Positions 38,084 to 46,309 of a stretch of 64,000 nt of DNA are shown in pieces. The stretch is from assembly GCA_039630085.1 (NCBI GenBank), contig JBCNVM010000001.1, positions 96,001 to 160,000 of the forward strand, read 5' to 3'. Position 1 is the stretch's first letter; every line of letters starts with the position of its first letter. A program made the translations under genes and the position numbers. This stretch comes from Candidatus Caldarchaeales archaeon. GTDB taxonomy: Archaea > Thermoproteota > Nitrososphaeria_A > Caldarchaeales > Calditenuaceae. The notes beneath the pieces were generated by a model. That model was not told where the DNA came from. It made no database searches and saw only the letters and a program-made list of their open reading frames with translations.

Positions 38084-38185
38084 GCCGGGGAGCTCCAGCC
38101 AGGTCGGAGGGTGGCCTGCTAAAAGTCGTTGCAGTGAGCCACTGCCCCCTTTGGGGGCTCGAGGGTTCAAATCCCTCCCCCGGCG
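38084..38185 (+). tRNA. tRNA-Ser(GCT) with 15-nt canonical 37/38 intron (38122-38136)
   Basis: GCCGGGG/CCCCGGC-G; GTGGC/GCCAC; BHB with CTGC:GCAG and bulges TAA/TGA; long variable arm GCCCCC-TTT-GGGGGC; GAGGG-TTCAAAT-CCCTC. Confidence 0.9.
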
Positions 38186-38267
38186 AACCCGAAGAGATCA
38201 TCTAACAACAGCGTATTACTGCAACCGGGTGAAACCAAAGCAGTATCGACAGCATACTGGCCGTCCC

Positions 38268-38897
38268 TTACTTCAGAATCTCGCCGGTCTGAAGGTACCA
38301 AAGCAGAAGGTCTAGGGCCTCGGGTTTGATCCCCAACTCGTCAGCCCAGTTCAGGAATTCGCGCTCGAGCTCGAGATACTTCCTTCTCGTTAGGGACTTC
38401 GGGACGGACTCCAGCCTTCCGGCCCGGACCATCCACCTGAGCACGTGCCGGTCGAGCACAGCCAGGCCCTCGATCCCCACGTTCCTAAGGAAGTGCGAGG
38501 CCTCCTTGAGTCCCATGCCCCATGCCTCCTCGACGAGGACCTCCCGCGCCTCGACCGGGGGGAGCGTCAGCACCTCAACGATCCTCGGCGGGTCTCCGAG
38601 GAGGAGGGGCCTGTTCATCGACAAATATCTCGCCTTCGCGTTGTGGAACCTGACTCCGCGCCTCCTCAGCACCTCCGCGATGGACTTCCGGCTGCCCTTC
38701 AGCAACAGCCCCCTCGACTTGAGCTCCTCGACAGCGACGAGGGCGCTGGAGGCCTTGGACTGAGGCGTGAGGACGCAGAAAGCGAGCTCCTCGAAGAGCC
38801 TCGCGGCATCACGCCTGTCGACGGACCTGAACTCGGCAAGCCTCGCCTCGATCGCACCCCTCACGTCATCGTAGACGGTCAGGAGGAAAGCTCCCAC
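38268..38897 (-). CDS. ogg: 8-oxoguanine DNA glycosylase/AP lyase
   Basis: FEELAFCVLTPQS, RFHN.KA.Y, GMGLKEASHFLRNVG, AVLDRHVLR, LDLLLWY..TG.ILK; start set at GTG 38897. Confidence 0.92.
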   Translation of the reverse strand: MGAFLLTVYDDVRGAIEARLAEFRSVDRRDAARLFEELAFCVLTPQSKASSALVAVEELKSRGLLLKGSRKSIAEVLRRRGVRFHNAKARYLSMNRPLLLGDPPRIVEVLTLPPVEAREVLVEEAWGMGLKEASHFLRNVGIEGLAVLDRHVLRWMVRAGRLESVPKSLTRRKYLELEREFLNWADELGIKPEALDLLLWYLQTGEILK

Positions 38898-39018
38898 GTC
38901 GAGCCCTCGGCCAGGAGCAGCGCTGCGCGCGGAGTTCCGACCACTCACTGCCAAGCCCGCACATGAGCGATCGCCTCGGATTTTATCTGAGCCCGAGGAT
39001 CCGCCCTTCCGGAGGCTC

Positions 39019-39852
39019 ATGGCGCGAGACCGGGAGTGGAGGGAACACGTGGACCTCGGGAAGTCGATCGACGTAGGCGGAATCAGGACGTTTTGCGTGG
39101 ACCTCGGTGAGGGGAGTCCTGTGCTGCTACTGCACGGATGGGCCTCGTCGTCTTTCGCGTGGAGGAGGAACTACCGCGCGCTGGCAGAGAGGTTCAGGGT
39201 GATCGCGGTGGACCTGCCGGGCTTCGGCCTCTCCGAGCGGCTCAAGTCCGGTTACGGGCTCTCGCAGGTCACCGAGCATCTCCTGAGTTTCGCTGAGGCC
39301 CTGAAGATCGAGCGGTTCTCTTTGGTGGGGCTCTCCATGGGCGGGGTGATCGCGGCGCAGATCGCACTCACGCGCCCGGACCGAGTGGGCAAGCTCGTGC
39401 TGGTCAACCCGGCCTTCGGGGTCGGGAGGGCAGGGCGGGCGCGCCTCATGGGGACCGTCGCCCGGAGACGCCCCGTCGCGTCGCTGCTGAGAGCGTTGCT
39501 GGTCAACAGGTACACCGTGAGGCGGGTGCTCAGAGACGCCGTCTGGGACGAGGAGGTCGTGAACGACGAGGCGGTCACGGGGTATTACGAGTCGATAAGG
39601 AGCTCGGGGAGGACGCTCCTGGACGCGTTCGAGGTCATTAGGGGCTTCGACCCGACTGCGCTGGAGTCCCTGAGGGTCCCCACGCTCTTCATGCTCGGAG
39701 AGAGGGACAACCTAGTGCCCTGCGTAGGGAACCTCGAGCTCGCGAGGAGGATCGGCTCTGAGGTTTTGTTGGTCCGTGACGCGGGGCATTTGGTTCAGGA
39801 GGAGAGGCCCGAAGCCTTCAACGCGGCCGTGATGGACTTCCTCTCGAGGTGA
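39019..39852 (+). CDS. Alpha/beta fold hydrolase
   Basis: LLHGW, DLPGFGLS, GLSMGG, GERD, AGHL..ERP. Confidence 0.9.
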   Translation: MARDREWREHVDLGKSIDVGGIRTFCVDLGEGSPVLLLHGWASSSFAWRRNYRALAERFRVIAVDLPGFGLSERLKSGYGLSQVTEHLLSFAEALKIERFSLVGLSMGGVIAAQIALTRPDRVGKLVLVNPAFGVGRAGRARLMGTVARRRPVASLLRALLVNRYTVRRVLRDAVWDEEVVNDEAVTGYYESIRSSGRTLLDAFEVIRGFDPTALESLRVPTLFMLGERDNLVPCVGNLELARRIGSEVLLVRDAGHLVQEERPEAFNAAVMDFLSR

Positions 39853-39903
39853 CCTGATGCCTCGATATCCTCAATTCTACCCGCGGGGCGGAGCGGTCGG
39901 GGG

Positions 39904-40497
39904 ATGAGCGAGGGCGCGCTGATCGCGATCGAGGGCCTCGACGGCGCCGGGAAGACCGCGACCGCGACGTGGCTCGTGGACCGACTTAGGGAGATGGGGT
40001 ACAGGTCCAGCTACACGAGGGAGCCGACGGACGGGCCCATCGGGAGGCTCCTCAGGGGCGACGCGCTGGGCGACTTCGGCGACCCCCGGATCGACGCCCT
40101 CCTCTTTGCGGCCGACAGGCTATACCACCTCTCCCGAACCATAGAGCCACTGCTGAACGAGGGCTACGTCGTCGTCTCGGACAGGTACGTCCACTCGTCG
40201 ATCGCCTACCAGGGCGCGATGACCGGCGACAGGGCCTGGGTCGAGGAGCTGAACAAGTTCGCGAGGGAACCGGACCTCGCCGTCTACCTCGACGTCGACC
40301 CGGAGACGGGCCTGGGGAGGAAACGGGGCGCCAAGCGGACCAAGTTCGAGAGGCCCGAGGTCCTCGAGAAGGTGAGGAGGCTGTACCTTCAGCTCTGCGA
40401 CGAGGGGAGGCTCGTGCTGGTCGACTCCCGGAGGGACTTGGACTCGGTCAGGGAGGAGGTGCTCAGGGAGGTCGAGAGGGTCCTCCGCGGGCTCTGA
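39904..40497 (+). CDS. tmk: Thymidylate kinase
   Basis: IEGLDGAGKT, TREPT, LLFAADR, SDRY..SS.AYQG. Confidence 0.94.
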   Translation: MSEGALIAIEGLDGAGKTATATWLVDRLREMGYRSSYTREPTDGPIGRLLRGDALGDFGDPRIDALLFAADRLYHLSRTIEPLLNEGYVVVSDRYVHSSIAYQGAMTGDRAWVEELNKFAREPDLAVYLDVDPETGLGRKRGAKRTKFERPEVLEKVRRLYLQLCDEGRLVLVDSRRDLDSVREEVLREVERVLRGL

Positions 40498-40557
40498 GGG
40501 GTGCCCGGAGGTCCGGCAACAGGTCGTCGCGGAGCGTTTTTTACCGGAGCAGCAGGC

Positions 40558-41577
40558 ATGATACTGGGTGCCGCGTTGGGGGAGTACGGCCCGCTCGTCG
40601 ACTCGTTCGGCAGGGTCGCCAAGAAGCTGAGGATCTCGGTGACCGACAGGTGCAACTTCAGGTGCTCCTTCTGCATGCCTAGGAACCCCATCTGGCTCGA
40701 CAGGAGTGAAGTCCTCACGCTCGAGGAGATCGCGAGGCTGACGGCGATCTTCGTCCGGATGGGCGTCGACAGGGTCAGGCTCTCGGGGGGCGAGCCGCTG
40801 GTGAGGAGGGGCATCGTGGACCTCGTGAGGATGCTGAGGGAGATCGAGGGGCTGAGGAGCCTCGCGATGACCACGAACGGCTACTACCTGGCGGAGCTTG
40901 CGGAGCAGCTCAAGTCCGCGGGCCTCGAGAGCGTCACGGTGAGCCTCCACAGCCTCAAGCCCGAGAGGTACGAGGACGTGATAGGCGTGCGAGGGGTCTT
41001 CAGGAAGGTGGTCGAGGGGGTCCGGAGGGCCCTCGAGGTCGGCATGAGGGTGAAGCTGAACGTCGTGGTGATCAGGGGATGCAACGACGACGAGCTGCTC
41101 GACTTCGCGAGGCTCGCGAGGGAGTCCGGCGTCGTGGTCAGGTTCATCGAGTACATGCCCTTCGACGGCGAGAGGCTCTGGAGGCCCGAGCTCGTCGTGA
41201 GCGGGAGGGAGGTCGTCGAGGCCATCTCGAGGGCGTACCCGCTGGTCCGGGAGCCGAGGGAGCCCGGGTCCACCTCCAAGAATTACAGGTTCGCCGACGG
41301 CTCTCCGGGAGGCATCGGGGTCATCACCTCCATCACGGAGCCCTTCTGCAGCGACTGCGATAGGGTGAGGTTGACGGCCGACGGCAAGATCGTCCCATGT
41401 CTTTTCAGCAAGTCCAGCTACGACGTCAAGCCGCTGTTAAGGGGCGGGGCCTCTGACGAAGAGATCGCCACCTTTATCCGGGAGGCCTTCAGGAGGAAGT
41501 TCGCAGGGGTCGAGGCGATGCTCAGGTCCGGGTCGATGCCCGAGCACGTCAGGGCTATGTACACTGTAGGTGGTTGA
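40558..41577 (+). CDS. moaA: GTP 3',8-cyclase
   Basis: LRISVTDRCNFRCSFCMP, PFCSDCDRVRLTADG..PCLF, C-terminal M..VGG. Confidence 0.95.
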   Translation: MILGAALGEYGPLVDSFGRVAKKLRISVTDRCNFRCSFCMPRNPIWLDRSEVLTLEEIARLTAIFVRMGVDRVRLSGGEPLVRRGIVDLVRMLREIEGLRSLAMTTNGYYLAELAEQLKSAGLESVTVSLHSLKPERYEDVIGVRGVFRKVVEGVRRALEVGMRVKLNVVVIRGCNDDELLDFARLARESGVVVRFIEYMPFDGERLWRPELVVSGREVVEAISRAYPLVREPREPGSTSKNYRFADGSPGGIGVITSITEPFCSDCDRVRLTADGKIVPCLFSKSSYDVKPLLRGGASDEEIATFIREAFRRKFAGVEAMLRSGSMPEHVRAMYTVGG

Positions 41578-42070
41578 GGTGGGGACCGAGGGCGTCCACG
41601 TTCCCAAGCTCACGGTCAGGGACGTGCTCCTCAAGGTCGGGAACGTGATCGACGGCAACCAGACGGTCAGGGAGGCGGCGATGATGATGGACAGGCTGGG
41701 TGTCGGGAGCCTCCTCGTGGAATCGGAGGGGAAGCTGGTCGGCATCGTGACGGAGAGGGACCTGGTCGTGAGGGTGCTGGCGACAGGGCTCGACCACACG
41801 AACACGAGGGTCAGGGACGTGATGTCCTATCCGATCATCGCGGTCTCCCCAGAGACTACCCTGGAGGACGCGGTGATGCTGATGGTCAACAACGGTTTCA
41901 GGAGGCTGCCCGTGATCGACAAGGAGGGAAGGCTGCTCGGCATGGTCACGATCGGCGAGGCCGCGAAGGTCCTGGCCGCAGCCCAGAGGACGGTGACCGG
42001 GCTCTTCGAGCTGCTGCTCAGGGTCGCGAGGCCCGCCGAAGAGAGGACCAGGACTCCGATGTACGGGTAG
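41570..42070 (+). CDS. CBS-domain protein
   Basis: LVGIVTERD, RRLPVID..GRLLGMVT. Confidence 0.88.
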   Translation: MVEVGTEGVHVPKLTVRDVLLKVGNVIDGNQTVREAAMMMDRLGVGSLLVESEGKLVGIVTERDLVVRVLATGLDHTNTRVRDVMSYPIIAVSPETTLEDAVMLMVNNGFRRLPVIDKEGRLLGMVTIGEAAKVLAAAQRTVTGLFELLLRVARPAEERTRTPMYG

Positions 42071-42080
42071 CTCCTCCGTG

Positions 42081-42689
42081 TTACCTGCCCCTGGCCCTAG
42101 AGAACCTCCTCTCGACGTCGTCCCAGTTCACGACGTTCCACCAAGCCTCCACATAACTGGCCCTGTCGTTTTTGTATTGTAAATAATAGGCATGCTCCCA
42201 TACATCGATTGCCAGAAGAATGGGTAACTCTGCTAACAAGTGCAGGTTCTGCTTCTCGATCTGAGTCAGGACGAGCGCGTCGGTCTCCGGGTCGTAGAGG
42301 AGGAGGGCCCAACCGACTCCCTCAACGGTCTTGGCCGCGTCGCTGAAGAGCTTCTTGAAGTTCTCGAAGCTCCCGAACTGCTGGTTGATCTTGTCGGCGA
42401 TCGCTCCACCGGGCTTTCCGCCTCCCTTCCCCGCGGGCGCCATGTTCGGCCAGAAGACCGAGTGGAGCTTGTGGCCGTCGAGGTTGAAGCTCAGGTCCCT
42501 CAGCACGGCCCTGACGTCGACCTGCGCCTCGCCCTTAGCGTGCCTCTCGATCTTCTCGAGGGCGGCGTTGGCTCCGTTGACGTAGGCCTGGTGGTGCTTC
42601 GTGTGGTGCAGCCTCATTATCTCCTCGATGATGTAGGGCTCGAGGGCGTTGTACGCATAGGGCAGCTGGGGGAGCTCGTACTTCTTCAT
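42081..42689 (-). CDS. sod: Fe/Mn superoxide dismutase
   Basis: LPYAYNALEP, HHTKHHQAYV, DVWEHAYYLQY.N.R. Confidence 0.96.
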   Translation of the reverse strand: MKKYELPQLPYAYNALEPYIIEEIMRLHHTKHHQAYVNGANAALEKIERHAKGEAQVDVRAVLRDLSFNLDGHKLHSVFWPNMAPAGKGGGKPGGAIADKINQQFGSFENFKKLFSDAAKTVEGVGWALLLYDPETDALVLTQIEKQNLHLLAELPILLAIDVWEHAYYLQYKNDRASYVEAWWNVVNWDDVERRFSRARGR

Positions 42690-42729
42690 CGCGCGACCCC
42701 CTCTCCGCCCGGTAATATAGCGATCGCGG

Positions 42730-44421
42730 CTACACGGGGGTCGTCGGGGCCGCGGCCCTCCCCCTGCTCCTCAGAGCCGCCACGAGGCCTTCGGGCATCT
42801 TGGTGAACGGCGGCGCAGGTTCTCCGATCCCGTGCCCAGGCTCGAGCCTCCCTCCGTCCGTGAGCGCCCTCACGGTCCACCTCTCTCGGGGGACCCTGAA
42901 GGTGAGCCGCAGCTGCTCCGACGCCGCGGGCGCGATCGGCCAGAGGAGCACGGAGACCGCGTAGGCGATCTGCGCCGCCACATAGAGCGTGGACGCCGCG
43001 CGGGCCGGGTCCCTCTTGACCTCCGCCCACGGCTCCCTCGAGCTGATGTAGACGTTGCCCCGCCTCGCGAGCTCCAGCAGCAGGCCCACCGAAGACCTGA
43101 AGCTGTTCCTCTCCATTTCCTCCCCGAACCTCCCCGCGAATTCCGGGACGGTCATCAGTAGCTCCTCGCCCTCCGCGTCGAGCGGCCCCGGCTCGGGCAC
43201 CCTCCCCGAGTAGTACCTGGCGAGGAAGCTCAGGACCCTGTGGACGAAGTTCCCGAGGACGTCGTTGAGCTCGTCGTTGATCACGTCCCTGAAGTGGGTC
43301 GCGGAGAAGTTGGAGTCGGCGGTCTCGGGCCTGATCCTGATCAGGTAGAACCTCCAGTAGTCCGGGTCGAGGATCTCGAGGGCCTCGTCGAGCCAGACGC
43401 CCACGCCGGCGCTCTTCGAGAACTTCTGGCCCTCGTAGGTGAGGTACTCGGTCGCGAGGACGTTCCAGGGCAGGTTGAGCCGGTCGTCGTAGGCCATGAG
43501 GAGCGCGGGGAGGATGATCGTGTGGAAGGGGATGTTGTCCTTCCCGATGAAGTAGACGCTCCTCGCCTCCCTGTCGTACCAGAACTCCCTCCACCTCTCC
43601 CTGTCGCCGGTGAGCTCGGCCCACTCGATGCTGGCGGTGATGTAGCCGAGGACCGCCTCGAACCAGACGTAGATCGTCTTCCCCTCCGCACCCGGGAACG
43701 GCGCGGGTATGCCCCACTTGTTGTCCCTCGTCACCGACCGGGGCTTCAGGCCCTCCGCGAGCCAGCTCAGCGTGAAGTTCCTGACGGAGTCGGGGAACCT
43801 GGGGTTCGAGAGGAACCAAGACTTGACCCTCTCCTCCAGCGCAGGCAGGTCGAGGAACCAGTGGTCGGTGGACCTGACCGCGGGCCCGGAGCCGCATATC
43901 GAGCACCTGGGCTCGACGAGGTTCATCGGGTCGAGGACCCTCCCGCACCGCTCGCACTGGTCACCCCTCGCCCTCTCGTAGCCGCAGTGGGGGCACTTCC
44001 CGGTCACGAACCTGTCCGGGAGGAAGATCCTGCAGGACGGACAGTAGAGCTGCTGGACCGACTCCCTGAAGACGTAGCCCCTGTCGTAGAGCTCCGCGAA
44101 GAACCTCCGGGTGAACTCGATGTGGTGCCTCGAGTGCGTCCTCGAGTAGTTGTCGAAGGCGATCCTGAACCTCCCGAAGAGGTCCTTCACGAGCTCGTGC
44201 ATCCTGTCGGTCATCTCCTGCGGGGAGACGCCATCCTTCACCGCTTGGAGCTCGATCGGCGTGCCGTGCTCGTCGGAGCCGCTCACGAAGAGCACCTGGT
44301 CTCCCTTGGAACGCATGTACCTCGCGAAGACGTCAGCGGAGAGCTCGGAGCCTATCAGCGTCCCCAGATGGGGGACCGAGTTGATGTAGGGCCAGGCTCC
44401 GCAGACGATCCACTTCGCGAG
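42730..44421 (-). CDS. metG: Methionine-tRNA ligase (apparent non-canonical CTC start)
   Basis: AWPYINSVPHLG (HIGH-like) lies upstream of the ORF-track ATG; GSDEHGTP, zinc knuckles, YVWFEAV.GY, GKDN..FH, KFSKS. Confidence 0.93.
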   Translation of the reverse strand, partial: LAKWIVCGAWPYINSVPHLGTLIGSELSADVFARYMRSKGDQVLFVSGSDEHGTPIELQAVKDGVSPQEMTDRMHELVKDLFGRFRIAFDNYSRTHSRHHIEFTRRFFAELYDRGYVFRESVQQLYCPSCRIFLPDRFVTGKCPHCGYERARGDQCERCGRVLDPMNLVEPRCSICGSGPAVRSTDHWFLDLPALEERVKSWFLSNPRFPDSVRNFTLSWLAEGLKPRSVTRDNKWGIPAPFPGAEGKTIYVWFEAVLGYITASIEWAELTGDRERWREFWYDREARSVYFIGKDNIPFHTIILPALLMAYDDRLNLPWNVLATEYLTYEGQKFSKSAGVGVWLDEALEILDPDYWRFYLIRIRPETADSNFSATHFRDVINDELNDVLGNFVHRVLSFLARYYSGRVPEPGPLDAEGEELLMTVPEFAGRFGEEMERNSFRSSVGLLLELARRGNVYISSREPWAEVKRDPARAASTLYVAAQIAYAVSVLLWPIAPAASEQLRLTFRVPRERWTVRALTDGGRLEPGHGIGEPAPPFTKMPEGLVAALRSRGRAAAPTTPV

Positions 44422-44464
44422 CGCCCTTCACCTCCACCGGACCGCTACTTCCCGCCCTCGAGCT

Positions 44465-44713
44465 TTAGCCTTTGCCCTGCCTGGTCTTCAGGATCACGTA
44501 GAGCCTCCCCAGCTTGGCCGCGCCGGACTCGAGCCTGACCTCGACGTAGGGCCTCTCCCTCCGGCCGAAGACGTTCGAGACGTACCCGACCCTGCCCTGC
44601 CCCTCCGCGTAGACCGGCGCCCCGATCTCCGGGACCTCCCTCGCCCTGAGGACGACCGAGTCCTTCAGGCGGCGGACGACGTCGCCCAGCGTCACGACCC
44701 TCTCCCTGCTCAC
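44465..44713 (-). CDS. gar1: H/ACA RNP component Gar1
   Basis: P.IGAPVY....RVGYV..VFG..ERPY; follows srp19. Confidence 0.7.
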   Translation of the reverse strand: MSRERVVTLGDVVRRLKDSVVLRAREVPEIGAPVYAEGQGRVGYVSNVFGRRERPYVEVRLESGAAKLGRLYVILKTRQGKG

Positions 44714-44988
44714 CCTCTCATCCTCTCCGCGAGCCGCAGGAGGACCTCGCCCTTACTGACGCCCTTCGGGGGTCTCACTAGCACCGCCGACCCCGGCCTC
44801 CACCAGAACGCCGGGTGCCTGAGTTCAAGCTTCTCGGCCTCCCAGCCCAGCGACGCAGCGGCCCTCAGGACGTCTTCTTGGGTCGGGTTCTTCCTCGCGA
44901 GCCTCGTGGGGACCCTGCGGCCCTCGGACCTGCTCAGCTCCCTGTTGAAGTAGTGCGTCCAGACGACGTACCCGTCCTTCCTGATCAT
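44710..44988 (-). CDS. srp19: Signal recognition particle 19 kDa protein
   Basis: VVW..YF...SRSEGRRVP..LA..NP, HPAFW, K..VL. Confidence 0.88.
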   Translation of the reverse strand: MIRKDGYVVWTHYFNRELSRSEGRRVPTRLARKNPTQEDVLRAAASLGWEAEKLELRHPAFWWRPGSAVLVRPPKGVSKGEVLLRLAERMRG

Positions 44989-45374
44989 GACGACTTAGGC
45001 TGGACCAAGACCGCGTTGATGACGCCGTCAGCGGACGGCTTCGAGGTGACCCTTGCCACGCCCAGCGGGGTGTCTATCAGCGCGCCCCGAGTCAGGACGC
45101 CCATCCTCGTGAAGTCCGGGTTTGCAGGGTTCTGGACGACCTTCAGTATCTCGGCCCTGACGGTCTTGGACCCGTCGAAGACGTTGGCGTACCTCGCGTG
45201 CCTCACCCTGACCTTTGTGTTCCCTCCCCTCGCCCTCTCGACCAGCCTCTCCTCCTCGCCGACCGTCGGCAGCAGCGGGTCCCTTCCCCTCTCATACCTC
45301 CTCCTCTTCCTGTGGACGCCCTTCTTACCTCCCGTCTTCTTACGCTTGTGGAGGTCGCCGTGCCAGACCGTCAT
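44985..45374 (-). CDS. rps8e: 30S ribosomal protein S8e
   Basis: KRKKTGG, RGGN.KVR, NPAN..F.R..LTRG, VTSKP..DGVINAVL. Confidence 0.95.
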   Translation of the reverse strand: MTVWHGDLHKRKKTGGKKGVHRKRRRYERGRDPLLPTVGEEERLVERARGGNTKVRVRHARYANVFDGSKTVRAEILKVVQNPANPDFTRMGVLTRGALIDTPLGVARVTSKPSADGVINAVLVQPKSS

Positions 45375-45750
45375 CCTCCGACCGCATCAATCGTCCACCA
45401 AATAAAGCTCCGCGGCCTCCTGAGGCTTCACCGGGTTCTGGACTTCGTCGAGCTGAGGTTCCAAGCCGGCTTGCGGCGAAGAGCTGGGCAGCGACCGCCC
45501 CGTGGAGCTGGAGTCTTACTCCGACTCGGTCCAGGGGAACGTCGCGTCGATCAGGGAGGCGCTCCAGCCCCCGGAGGGGGTCGATGACCAAGGGCCCGAG
45601 ATCGTGGACCCTGAGCCGGAGGACGGCAGGCTCGAGGCGCAGGTCGATGACAACTTCAGTCGGACCGCGTTCGCGGTTCTTGAGGCCTCTGCCGAGCTGA
45701 ACGCGGGCGGTCGAGGTTCATAACAGCTTAATTACCGGTCGCCGACCATT

Positions 45751-46245
45751 GTGCTCGGGTTGACGGTTGGTTACGACCTCGAGGCGCGCCTCGACGCTGT
45801 CGAGAGGGATGTCGTTGCGGTGCTCGTGCGCCTTGAGAACATCGACGAGAGGCTGAGGCTCATCGAAAGGAACGTCGACGAGAAGCTCAAGCTAACGGAA
45901 GAGAAGATCAACAAGAGGCTGGAGGTCGTCGAAGGGAGGTTGGACGACGTAGGGGGAAGATTGGAGGCCGTCGAGAGGAGAATAGGGGTCGTCGAGAACA
46001 GGATGGAGGCCGTCGAGAGGGGCCTAGACGCCGTCGAGAAGAGGCTCGACGTTGTTGAGAGGAGGCTCGATGCCGTCGAGAAGAGGCTCGATCTCGTCGA
46101 GAAGGGGCTAGGGCGCGTCGAGATCAGGCTCGATTCCCTCGTGGACAGGATCGACGCCAACTTCAAGTGGACCGTGGGGCTAGTGGTCGGGGGCTTCGTC
46201 GCGGTGATATCGACCTCGGTCCTCCTGAGGCTCCTCCTCGGGTGA
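45751..46245 (+). CDS. Heptad-repeat coiled-coil protein with C-terminal TM anchor
   Basis: Repeated RLDAVEK/R followed by FKWTVGL and a hydrophobic tail. Confidence 0.75.
   Translation: MLGLTVGYDLEARLDAVERDVVAVLVRLENIDERLRLIERNVDEKLKLTEEKINKRLEVVEGRLDDVGGRLEAVERRIGVVENRMEAVERGLDAVEKRLDVVERRLDAVEKRLDLVEKGLGRVEIRLDSLVDRIDANFKWTVGLVVGGFVAVISTSVLLRLLLG
45916..46146 (+). repeat. About 11 degenerate 21-bp tandem repeats (coding heptads)
   Basis: Units such as aggctcgatgccgtcgagaag and aggctcgacgttgttgagagg. Confidence 0.8.
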
Positions 46246-46309
46246 GAACCTCCCCGAGCGTCGGTCATCCTCTATATCCGCGGCGCGTCTCGGCCTGCAG
46301 GGGCAGGAC

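Noticed and set aside
37981-38117. Ser spacer as one long BHB intron joining the upstream 5' fragment to the 3' half (GGCC:GGCC central helix)
   Set aside because: The flanking helices do not pair, and splicing in this register would change the anticodon to CCT.
45916-46146. CRISPR array
   Set aside because: Contiguous degenerate in-frame 21-mers without unique spacers; no CRISPR array or cas gene seen in the window.
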